Below, piece by piece: positions 51,701 through 61,427 of a stretch of 64,000 nt of DNA; position 1 is the first letter of the stretch, and the number at the start of each line of letters is the position of its first letter. Location of the stretch: NCBI GenBank assembly GCA_016702305.1, contig JADJEH010000011.1, forward strand, positions 19,561 through 83,560. The letters run 5' to 3'. A program made the position numbers and the translations under genes. Under the pieces are notes generated by a model. The model was not told where the DNA came from. It searched no databases and saw only the letters and a list, made by a program, of their open reading frames with translations. This DNA is from a bacterium (lineage in GTDB: Bacteria; Electryoneota; RPQS01).

Positions 51701-52075
51701 CTGTGCATGGATCGTGTCCAGCATCGCGACAATTTCCGCGTACGTGTGGTAGCCACCCATCAACTCAAGCGGTGTGTCGTTCAGCCGCTGTGCGTAATAC
51801 GTTTCAACATCGGCTTGTAAGATGTCGTAACGGTACCCTAATTCGGTCAGCCGCGCCAGATGCTCGGGAAGCGCATTCATACGGACTTCGCCGACCGTCT
51901 CGCCTTCTACAATGTCGAAGCCTTCGCCATTCATGCGATAAAGCTGTTTCAAATGCGCCGGTGAATCACCGTGCACGCGAATCAGCGCGTGGTGCCGATA
52001 AATCTCTTGGCCAATCGCCACCTGCGCGGCCAGCGCCACCAGCATAAGCATCACCAATCCATTTCGAATCCGCAT
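48764..52075 (-). CDS. Secreted M14-family zinc carboxypeptidase with a ~750-aa C-terminal extension
   Basis: Signal 'MRIRNGLVMLMLVALAAQVAIGQ'. 'FYNSLIHAREPAAMEAV' is the H-x-x-E zinc site and 'YFLPCVNPDGYEY' follows. 1,103 aa. Confidence 0.8.
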   Translation of the reverse strand: MRIRNGLVMLMLVALAAQVAIGQEIYRHHALIRVHGDSPAHLKQLYRMNGEGFDIVEGETVGEVRMNALPEHLARLTELGYRYDILQADVETYYAQRLNDTPLELMGGYHTYAEIVAMLDTIHAQHPTITSAKFSIGQTYEGRDMWALKISDNPAVDENEPEVFYNSLIHAREPAAMEAVLHFMNYLTDNYGTNADATDMVNNRELYFLPCVNPDGYEYNRATNPSGGGQWRKNRKPNGDGSFGIDLNRNFDAAWGIDDNGSSPFPSDLTYRGPAPFSELETQHLRDFINSRQFVTQEDFHTYSNLVLYPWGTSYYDGDGLCADNAIFQMLADSMAYWIHTVNNVWYTTGTPWQTLYNTNGGSFDWEYGDSLNHPKIFAVTTEVGGATDGFWPAQARILPLAQENLPANMFLARIAGLLMPQPYKTALGAACFSQIGGNGVLQPGEDGSLALTLRNAGTQSLDGLTGSLTTSDPYVTILNGAASWPNIPVNQSAVNGSDFTMSIAAGCPALHSFTFSLALSNANLDTTITFVATIGSSSLADSVETGAGGWVTGGALNQWHISTRRASSPTHAWFMGNETGNYADNLSCYLLSDTLFLGPGAEISFDEWYSTEAGWDFGYVEVNLGAGWTALGSPREGASGGWLHQVYPLTIACPGTAVQIRFRFTSDTNTNSEGWYVDNIGTGCPVPTEIDVTPTTINAWAALAGTDQDTLHICNVGECDLQWSVTYNQLAPVRAELPQISALADVPVSEPEVKGDETNRGRGPAQLDNGGGPDAFGYVWKDSNEPDGPVYDWVELAGVGTQLTFTADDEVLPVTLPWAFSFYGTAYTAMNVCGNGNVHFGTASNTYSNRPLPTNTVPNALMAVFWDDLSPQLSGAVYYYYDSPLDRYIVQWDNVPHFNNTGNYTFEVILYSNGRIVYQYQSMTGLLTSGSIGIEDGAGTVGLQMTYNAGYVANNLAIALEVPAPPWMTFGGATAGSVSAGSCTHLPLSFTAGALPMGEYTAEIHLTSNDADENPLLIPVTFDVGTLTAPDSLTIHYLEATHEYRLAWRAADAPFYHVYAALAPDGPYSLYVGTTTGTTLTIAAPAEDMKFFVVVGSMNATP

Positions 52076-52396
52076 ACATACACCTCAATCCAAAGTAGTC
52101 GCCAAGTTCTTTGGGCGGGTTGTGTTACGGCCGACCTGACTGCGCCAGTACGGCGAAAGCAGATGACCCCGTAACGGCCCACCTAAACGTCTCCAATGTA
52201 GCAAATTTCGTGAAGAAATGGAACCCATAGCGCGAATTCTCGCTCGCACCCAGGCGCGCACAGTGTGCGCTCGTTGCCCGGACCCAACGCAACCATACGA
52301 AAAACCCTCGGGATTTCGTACCCGAGGGCCTATCATCTGTCGTACTACAGGCCCAATCCTGCCAAGGATCAGGCGTCAAATCACTTGCCAACCCTG

Positions 52397-53134
52397 CTAC
52401 GGCGTCTTGGCGTCAATAAAATACTCGCTCTGATTGGCCGTTGCCGCCGTGTCAAGGTAGATCAAGGAGAAGGTAGAATCCACAAGCGTGTACGGCATGG
52501 GCACCGGATCAAGCTCGGTCCGCCAAATCCGGTAGTACGGCGCGGCAAACAGGGTCCGTCCCAGCGTGTCCAGCGTACTCGCCTTCCAGCGGAGTTCGGC
52601 ACCGGTTGGCAACCAGAAAATTGTCAGACTGTCCGGCGATTGCGGCACTCGGTCACAAACCAGAAAAACAGGCGGATTGAAGTCAGCCGGTAAGAAAGTC
52701 CCGTCGGGCCGCCTGAGTCCGAAGTCACCCGTCATCGGCACATCCCCGCAACCGCGGAAGACCATTTTTAGGCGGAACAGTTCGCCCGGTCCCGCCCAGA
52801 ACGAGCTTCCGAAGACCGTTGCCCCAACCTCCAACCGGTGCGGCGCGGCCACCGTATGATCCTGATAACGAAAGTCCAAACCGGTCAGGCCCGCGATCAA
52901 CGTGCCGACCGTAGGTGCCGCGGCCAAGTCAACCAGATTGGTGTCGTAGTACATGTAGACGGTAAAACCGCGCACCGTGTCCGTGGGCGTGACAAAAGCT
53001 GCCACCTCCACCGTGTCGCCGACGTTGCCGAAGGACGAATCCGGCTGAAAATAAAGCTCAATCGCGGCAGCGCAATTGAGCGTTCCTGCCACCACCAGCG
53101 TCCCGAGAAGGCCGACGATGTTGCGCAAAAGCAA
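52397..53134 (-). CDS. Secreted hypothetical protein of 245 aa
   Basis: Signal 'MLLRNIVGLLGTLVVAGTLNCAAA'. No motif recognised. Confidence 0.5.
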   Translation of the reverse strand: MLLRNIVGLLGTLVVAGTLNCAAAIELYFQPDSSFGNVGDTVEVAAFVTPTDTVRGFTVYMYYDTNLVDLAAAPTVGTLIAGLTGLDFRYQDHTVAAPHRLEVGATVFGSSFWAGPGELFRLKMVFRGCGDVPMTGDFGLRRPDGTFLPADFNPPVFLVCDRVPQSPDSLTIFWLPTGAELRWKASTLDTLGRTLFAAPYYRIWRTELDPVPMPYTLVDSTFSLIYLDTAATANQSEYFIDAKTP

Positions 53135-53212
53135 CCTCCAGTAAGAGGAATGACCCCCGCCGCCACAGGCGTGACGGCGGGGGCTGATAGCAAACGATGC
53201 CCTGAGTCGTAA

Positions 53213-56200
53213 TTAACGAATCAGAACCATCTTCTTCAAGTCGGTGAAGCCATTCACCTCGATCGTATAGATATACAGACCCGAGGACAGCGCCGCCGCG
53301 TCGAACGTCATCTGATGGCGACCGGCCCTCCATCGTGTTGTCAACGAGAGTCGCGACGACTTGGCCCAGCGTGTTATACACAAGAACCGTGACATGTCCG
53401 GATTCCTTCAGGTCGAACTGGATGTTCGTCGTCGGGTTAAACGGATTCGGGTAGTTCTGGTACAACGCGTAATTGTCAGGAATCGCGCTTCCGCTCATGA
53501 CCGATACGCCGCGGCCTTCAGTTTCACGAACCTCGCCCGTATTGTCGAGCATCTGAACTGAAGTCAGGGCAATTTCGCACGGGGATTCGATTTCGCGCGT
53601 TACGCGGAACGTCACGGTTCCCAGCACCGCATTGTCATCCAGTGTAGCCAAGCCACCGCAGGCCGCTGCCACGAAACCAACCTTGCCCGCTTCGTTGTTC
53701 ACGAGCGCCGTCTTCGAGAACAGTGTGCCTTCAGTCGGCATGTCCGTAACGATCGTCGAACCGACATATTCAAGGCGCGAGTCGTCGTATTCAAGAATGG
53801 CCTCCACGGCCTTGACGACACGGCCTTCGTTGCCGGACAGCGCCACCGTAACGCTGAATTCCGTGCCCATATCAAATGTCACGTCTTCACTCGTCGCCAG
53901 TGCCACTTCCGGCGCCGCGTCAAGCGATCCGAACGGACGGTACTGCGAGATATCAGGCTGAACAACAAACTCAGTGGCGATAATGCCCACCGGGGAAACC
54001 ACGCCGAAGTTAAAGCTGAACGGCACGAGATCTTGGAAGTTGATCGCGCCCGAGCCTTCCGGATTCGGAATGCCCTTGCCGATATTCCCATTTTCCACCA
54101 CGACGGGGCCGATGTTGCGATAGCCGCCCGTATTGGTGAAGTAAACCGGCGACAGCAGGCCAAGGTCTTCCGTGTCAACGTAGCCGCGCGAACCGAACAA
54201 ACCAGCGGCATCCGCCGTGCTGAAGTCACCCAGCCAGTAGTTGGTGGAACGGTCGGCGTTGGTCAGCATAACGACCGGTTCGCCAACCGACCAGTTGCCA
54301 CCGGCATCCTTGACAAACGTCACATAGCGGTAGATGTCGCGGAACGCCGGTGCATTGCCCGTACCTTCCACCCAACCCAGCTGCGCATCGAGCCAATACG
54401 TGTCGCCGCCGCTGACGTGGGTCGTCAGGATATCGCCACGGTTGTTCGGTCCCGTATAGGATGCCGAAGCGACCGGTCCGGGAACGAACGAGGTCTGCGT
54501 CGCGACCAGCGTCCAGCCGGACGGCGGAACGGTTGTTACGTCGTAGTTGCCCAGCGAGTTCCACAAGTCACCCGGATAGCCCGGATACTGGCCGGACAGC
54601 GGGCTGCGGTAGATGCGCATTTCCTGAGCATCCGCCCCGGCCGTCCACTCCCAATTCAGCCACACACCCAAATGCGCCGGCCGCGCGTCGAAAGCGGTCA
54701 CGGCGTTATCCGGATTCTGCGTATCAATGCAAATGCTGAATTGCAGCGTGCCGGTCATGTTGCCTGCGCAATCTTCGGCCTTCACGTCAAACGTAAAATT
54801 GCCTCCGTTGGCATTCAGGATCGCCGGCAAATCATTCATCCAATCCCACAGAGCGAGCGCCTCCGCGTCGTTGCTCGGGTAGTCCGTTTGATTCAAGGCC
54901 ACCACGAAGTCCGGCAAACCGGCATAGCTGATAATCAGCGAGCCGGTCGCGGCCATGCACCCGTTAGCGCCCAGCGAGGACGTGATGTTGATGTAATCAT
55001 CCAGATAGGCTCCGGCGTAGTTCACTGTCGCCGGATTGTTGTTGAAACAGTAGTTGGCGGGCACCGTCGTGACCACGGACAGCGACGGGTCGGTGATGTC
55101 CACGCCAACGTTTGCGAGGGCAAACGTCGCCGCCGTGTTGCATTCCGTGTCCGTTAGATGCAGGGTCAGCGTGTTGCAGCCTTCCTGCAGCAATCCGTAG
55201 AACGTACCGGCATCCAGCGCCGACGGGAACGTCGCATTATACGGCGAAGTCTGATTGGCGCCGAACAGCGCAAACGAACCGCCGCCCGGTGTAAACGTGA
55301 TCCACGCCGAGTCCAGCGTCGAACCGGCGTCAGTCAGCGATACGCTGAACTGATTCACCAGTTGCGCCGCATCGCCAAATGCGCACGTCGCGAGATTCGT
55401 GAAAGCCGCCACCGCAGGAGCCGTGCAGTCCACTTCAAGATTCATCGAGCCAAACACCAGCGCGTTGTAGTAGTCATTGCCCAGCATGTCCGTCCACAGC
55501 GTGCTCACGCCATTGACCGGATAGAGACCCGTCATGGCGCTCACGTTCAGGACCGGAATGCAGGCGATGTACAGTGCGCCGTTACCGCTGCTGTACGGTG
55601 CCTCGAAGCCCATATCCACCTGCACCAGGCCGCCGCCCAGCGGAATCGCGTACGCCTGCACGATATTCGGATCTGCATTCGTCAACGGCGTCACGATCGA
55701 GCCCATCGGCGAGAGCAGGGGAATGAAGCCCGCTGGGATCTGGAACACGACTGACAGGTTCGGGATGCCAGCGTTGTTCAAGGTCACGTAAAGCAGTGTC
55801 GCGTCGCAGTCCGAACCGGCGCAGCCAACCGACGGATCTTCCATCGCGAAGCCCACATCGGCCGAGCAGCCGCCGGGGTTCGGATTGACATCCAAGTTCA
55901 CCGGAGTCGCGCCCGGGATTGTGTACGGAGCCGAAACGAAGTCCGAGTAGCAGTTGCTGTCCCAATTATGTCCAGCCGTGTTGTCAAACGTATTCACCGT
56001 ATTGGTGAAGCTGTTGTTGGTCACGTCGGCGTCACTGATCGTGCCGGTTCCCGTGACGGTCAAATCCACGCCGTAGTTCCAGTTCTCGACTGTGCTGTTG
56101 GTCAGCGAAATGTCGAGGTCATCGCTGGTAACGTAGGCGCCAACGCCAAGGCCATCAAGCGAACCGTCGCCGATCACCGACACGCCGTTGATGTCGAGCA

Positions 56201-59126
56201 CGTCGTTGGCGTCAAGGCTGCGGTCGCGCTCGCCGTTCATCACTTCATCCATGTACATCGCAGGCTGCACGCGCGGGGCATTCAGCGCGACGCTTGTGTT
56301 GTAGGAGAAGATGCCATACTTATTGACTGCCGTCACGGCATTGTTCGACGAAAAAACGCCGCCATTAACCGTGCCGCCCGCATCTACGAAGTACGCGCCG
56401 ACCTGAGCGTTCGTGGCGCTCATGTTCGTCACGGTGAAATCCATGTCGTATAGCAGCGCGCTGCAACCGACATAGCTTGCACCCGTGTAGCAGATATCTG
56501 CTACTGAGCAATCGGTCATCGAGCCCATGGCGCCAAACGCATATTGGAAGCCGTTCTGCGCGGTAATTCCGGTGGCGCCGTGCCCTTGGATATGCACGTT
56601 ATCACAATTAACCACCGTGCCGACGCCCGAGAACGACGTTCCGTTCTTCATGAAGTCGGTGATGATCACGTTGGTCAGGTTGACGGTCTTGCCAACTGAG
56701 TTGTGACCGACCCACACGGCGACGCCGTGCTGATTGCCGTTGAACGGCGTTTCACGGATTTCGGTGACATTCACATTGGTCAGTGAGCCGCCGGAGTTGC
56801 GGAACGCCACGCCGATCATGCGATAGTTGTTGTTGCCGAATCCGTCGCCGTCAATCGTCAGGTTCGAGAGGTCAGCCGAGGCGCAGCCTTCCAACCAGAG
56901 AATCGGGCGATTGTGATTCGGCACGGTGTTAAAGGTGTCCGGCATCGTCGTCGCCGTCGCCTTGATGAACGTGCTCGCCACGCCGGCACCGATGATATTC
57001 AGATCGGCAAATCCGGTCGCCTTAACTTGGCCGACATAATTACCCGCCGACAGGTAGATCGTGCTGCCCGAAACGAGATTCACGGCTTCCTGCAGGATGT
57101 TCGTCGCACCGCTGATCGCGCTATTCGGACCGGCGTGCAAAAGTGAGAAATCACCTTGGAAACCGACCGTTCCGCGACCGAATGCCGTTTCGACATTTGT
57201 ATCGGTGCCGGTCTCAAACCACGGCGAATAGTCCATATCCGCCAGGCCAACGCCGCGGATATTCACGCCCGTGCCCGGGTTCGTGGCCAAACCACCGTAG
57301 GCCACGGGAATCAGCGCCGCGTATCCCGGTTCCGCGCCGTTAGCGTTGCTGGTCGTCGGATTGTTCGTGCCGTACCAGTTCGCTGAGAAGTTCTTAACGC
57401 CGCCCGTCAAGCTGCGGTTCTCTATGTCGGCGTACCAGTTGCCCGAGATATTGTTGTTGAAGAACTCAGTTCCGGTTGCAGTCTCCGTGCTGGCATTCAG
57501 CCACAAGATGCCGACCGCCCAGTTGTTCGTGACGGCGTTCTCTTCGATCATGTTATTCAAGCACGCATTCCGGAGGATCATGCCCGTGCGGTTGAAGTCA
57601 ATGACGTTATTGAGAATCTGGTTGTCGTTCGAGTTGTTGATGTCAATGCCCGTGCGATTGCCGACGAACTTGTTGTTCCGTACGATCGCGCCGCCCGAGC
57701 TTTGAACCGCGAGACCGGCCGTCTTGACGTTGGTCGCCCAGTCGGTCACGTTATTGCCGTCGCGTGTGATCGTGAAGCCTTCCACGGCTGCACCGGGAGT
57801 GGACACGCGCACCGTCGCCGAATTGGGGCCTGTCTTCAAGCCCAGGATCGTGGATACGTCAATGCCCGCGCCGCGAACGGTCACGAGTTTGTTGACCGCC
57901 ACGTCTTCGAGGTACGTTCCCGCGCCAGCCAGCACCGTATGACCCGCCGTCGCCCAGTCAATCTCACGCTGAATGCTCACGCCGATTTCCTTAACGTTAT
58001 TGAACGTGTATGAACCGGACGTGTAGCTATAGCTTCCTTGATCCGCCGGAGGATTCGTACCGAATATCACTTTCTTGTCAAAAGTGTTCTCGTTCCAATA
58101 TGAGACCCAATCGAAATCGTCGTAGTCTAGGAAATCGCCGCGATGACGAACGTAGATAGTCTCTCCGTTCGTGAACGTGTTGTCCTCGATCACAGCAGCG
58201 CCCGTCGAATAGATAAACCACGGCACGCCGCTGCCCGACCCATTAAAGCTGATGGCCGCCCAATTATTACCGGGCCAGTCCATGTCAAAGACGTTGTTGA
58301 TAATCTGGCGACCGCTGACCGATCCGGTGTAACCGGCACCGTTTGTCAGGTCAACGCTTGTACCGTAGTCAAAGAGGTTGCCTTCGATGTGGTAGCTCTG
58401 GATCCACGAAATGTTGTTCATACTGTCGTAACGGAAGTCGCCGAAATAGAGCGACATACCGTCCGAAATGATGTTGAAGTTAAACGTGAAGTCATCACCG
58501 ACAACTTCCACGGACTTGTTGTAGCCGGCATCGCCGGTCTGCCACAACTCAAGGCCGGTCACGGTGATCCCGTCAGCTTCAACCCACATACCACTCGGGC
58601 CGAAGTTATTGGTCGCGTTCAGGCCGACACTGGCCTCCACGCTGCCGTAGGACGTGATCGGCGCTCCGCCGGCATCCACGCCTTGCAGGGTAATGTTGTC
58701 TTTGCCGACTCCGAAATACAGACCAAATTGATACAAGCCGCCGATGCCGACCACCGTGCGGTCCACAGCCACTTCAATGTAACTGCCCGGATAGACGTTC
58801 ACCGTGCCGTTTTCGTCCACGGCGTCAATACCGGCTTGAATCGTGTTGAACTTCGTCACGCCGTAACCGGATTCACTGCCGGTATAGCTGTCATCCACCC
58901 ACACGACCGGTTCGAGGTCAAGCGGATTGTTCTCGTTGCGCGGCGCCACCCATGGCCCCGCCTGTCCATGCAGCGCAGTCGGCACCACACTTGTGAAACC
59001 TACCGAGCGCTCGTGACTCTGGAAAGTCGGCCTGTTCGCCGTGTCCGCCATTGCCACCAGGCACATCGCCAGGATCAGCACAACAGACCAGCCAAAACGA
59101 TCTTTGATTCTCATCTTCTTCCCCAA
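53213..59126 (-). CDS. Giant secreted right-handed beta-helix (pectate-lyase/NosD-like) repeat protein of ~1,970 aa with a T9SS C-terminal sorting domain. A 1-nt frame break lies at 53326-53328
   Basis: Signal 'MRIKDRFGWSVVLILAMCLVAMA'. Many 'NNxIxxNxxGI' beta-helix repeats. The CTD 'YPNPFNPTTNIQFDLKESGHVTVLVYNTLGQVVATLVDNTME' continues, after removing one G of a GGG run, as 'AGRHQMTFDAAALSSGLYIYTIEVNGFTDLKKMVLIR', which is ORF 53213..53395. Confidence 0.75.
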
Positions 59127-59161
59127 TTTCTCTTTTGCTTAAGGACTATGCTAACTAAAGT

Positions 59162-60001
59162 CTATTCTTGACATTTCAACGCTCGGATGCGGTACACTCC
59201 GGCATTCACGGTTCCCGAATCGCCGGGGTTAAACTCGTACAGGATATAATCGTCGTAAAAAAACGTGTCCATCGTCGTGCCCACGGTCGTGTACACGCCC
59301 GTGTTGTTCCACGTGTCTTCAAACTCTACAAAGTAAGTTGGATTGACCACCGGATCGCCGTCAAGGTCAAACCGCACCGGATTCCAGTGCAGACAGATCG
59401 AGTCGTCCTGCATCGGGACGATAATCAGCGATTCCGGAGGTAAAGTCGCCGACCCGTCGAGCACGACGCCCGTACTGTCCCCCATGATAATCATCGGTTC
59501 CGGATGTTCGCCGGTGCCGCTGAAACCCTGGCCATCCAGAAAACCCACCATAGTCGTCTGATTCCCGACAAGATTCACCGGCGTAAAATGCAGCGTCGCG
59601 ACCACGGTGGATCCCGTGAAATTGGGATGAAAAAAGGCGTCCACCCACAGGGTGTCGCCTTCGATATAGAATGGGAGGACGTGCAGATTCGGGTGGAGTC
59701 CCGCCGAAATGCTTGTGGGCGTATAATTGGCGGCGTCGAACACAAACCGCAGTTCAAACACCCTGACGTTCGTTCCGGTCAACTGGATATTTATATCAAA
59801 ATCTTCGCACGTGAACGCCGTGACCGGATTGGGAGCCAGGTGGATGAAGGCAGCAGTATCATCCAACGGATTCCGCTGCGAAAAAACTTGCGCAGTGCCG
59901 AAAACAATTACTGCGCAGACCGTTACCGGAACGCGCAGTAAATTGATCAGACTTCTTGCCCTATGGCCGAACTTGGCCAATTCCCTGCCACGGTATATCA
60001 T
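59162..60001 (-). CDS. Secreted hypothetical protein of ~280 aa, beta-sandwich-like
   Basis: An internal-Met start gives the signal 'MIYRGRELAKFGHRARSLINLLRVPVTVCAVIVFGTAQVFS'. The ORF extends further 5' to 60106. Confidence 0.55.
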   Translation of the reverse strand: MIYRGRELAKFGHRARSLINLLRVPVTVCAVIVFGTAQVFSQRNPLDDTAAFIHLAPNPVTAFTCEDFDINIQLTGTNVRVFELRFVFDAANYTPTSISAGLHPNLHVLPFYIEGDTLWVDAFFHPNFTGSTVVATLHFTPVNLVGNQTTMVGFLDGQGFSGTGEHPEPMIIMGDSTGVVLDGSATLPPESLIIVPMQDDSICLHWNPVRFDLDGDPVVNPTYFVEFEDTWNNTGVYTTVGTTMDTFFYDDYILYEFNPGDSGTVNAGVYRIRALKCQE

Positions 60002-60297
60002 GAATATTCCCCATCCAACCTGTCCGTCGGGCAAACAATCGAAGTACGATAATGACCACTTCTTTTCAATATAAAGTAATGTAGCGACACGGTAACGATA
60101 TGTCAAGCGCTTTTGAACTCTGGTGACCTCGCAGAACAGCGAAAAACGTTTCGCAGGCTTAGCCGTAGAATCTCAGGCTCTTAGCCTAAGCAATCGTGTG
60201 CTGTGGCTAACAATGACGTCCAAAGAACTCCGCGAATCCCCGGCGCGCCCGCCTCTCATTTGCGCTCCATTCTTTTTTATCCATCGCCATTGCTGGG

Positions 60298-60558
60298 TCA
60301 CTTCCCGTTCCGCAACGGTCCGAGGTCAATGTCCAGCCGGGCTACCTGCAACTGTAACGCACGCCGGGTCAGACCCAACTGCCGAGCCGTTTCCGACAGG
60401 TTCCCTCTGAATCTGCGCAGCGCTTTTATGAGCCATAGCCGATGAAACTGTGCCGTCGCTTCACGGTAATCCAGTGGATAGGCTGCTCCGCTCAGGATCA
60501 CTCGACTGGCGGGGCGGTTCGAATGGCGTCCATTCATCTGAATACTGCCTCCCTGCAA
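60298..60558 (-). pseudogene. Fis-type HTH (HTH_8), the C-terminal fragment of a sigma-54-dependent/NtrC-family activator with no AAA+ domain
   Basis: 'FHRLWLIKALRRFRGNLSETARQLGLTRRALQLQVARL' matches the HTH_8 consensus. It is only 86 aa with a non-native N-terminus. Confidence 0.4.
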
Positions 60559-60576
60559 TAAAATGGAAAAGGAGCT

Positions 60577-60849
60577 TTAATCGTTTTTCCGACGCATTGG
60601 CGCATCACCAGTGCTACTCCCTGCCGAATGGAACTTCTTCCGTGGGCGTCCCGTCCGACATGGTGCGGTCACTGCATCCAGATGAACACGCCTGAATCGC
60701 CGATCGCCGCGGCCGTTAATGCGAATGTGTTCTAAAATCCCCGCGTTGCACCATCGGCGCAATGTTGACTTCGAGACTCGAAGATAGTCGGCGGCTTCTT
60801 GGATATTTAGGAGGTTTCCAGCCTCGCTTGGCTTGTGCTGCTCGTGCAT
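60577..60849 (-). CDS. Excisionase/AlpA-type HTH DNA-binding protein
   Basis: 'LLNIQEAADYLRVSKSTLRRWCNAGILEHIRINGRGDRRFRR' is the excisionase-family HTH pattern. Confidence 0.5.
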   Translation of the reverse strand: MHEQHKPSEAGNLLNIQEAADYLRVSKSTLRRWCNAGILEHIRINGRGDRRFRRVHLDAVTAPCRTGRPRKKFHSAGSSTGDAPMRRKND

Positions 60850-61427
60850 ACGGTCGTAAGAATTTTCCCCAGTGTAACGAACGTGGTTCAAATTACGTGA
60901 GCAGACCGAGCTTTGCAATAGCATTATCCAACGTTTTGAACTTGGTTATTTCCATAGAAGTCTATACCGAACATTAGCTTCGAGCAAAACCCCAATAAGT
61001 ATGGATAAGTTCGCACAAGTTGGTGGAGGAGGCATCTTTCATAGACTAGAGACAATGATCCATACAGCAACTGCGAAAGTTGTTTCACGGTCTGTGAAAG
61101 ATATTTCACACCTCTGCGGATTATCGCGATGATTGTGAGCCGAGCCTGTTCGCAGCAAGGTATGCCGACAACGACTCGTCTCCGAGTCCATGCTAACGCA
61201 CCACGTCAGAACCTGTTCAATTCGCTCCGAATCGGGGGGACTGGTCGATGGGAGCGGCGTCGGTCGGCAAGAACCGCCGCTCCACCTGACCTCTGAACCA
61301 AAGCGTGTTGGATTAAATCGTTGATTTTGAGAGATTTAACAAGTTGGAATCCTCAGGAAATCTCATTATCTTATTAGATTCACGGCCTTTCCCAACCCAT
61401 TGGACGATTCCCAGAGGTTCACCCCAC

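Noticed and set aside
54033-59171. Long plus-strand ORFs (54033..55157 at 374 aa, 58143..59171 at 342 aa, and others) antisense to the 2,022-aa gene
   Set aside because: They are Arg/Ala/His-rich and low-complexity, with no motifs. They lie entirely inside a well-supported minus-strand gene with a signal peptide and T9SS CTD, and are typical high-GC antisense artefacts. The same applies to the antisense ORFs inside the RND, S8 and M14 genes.
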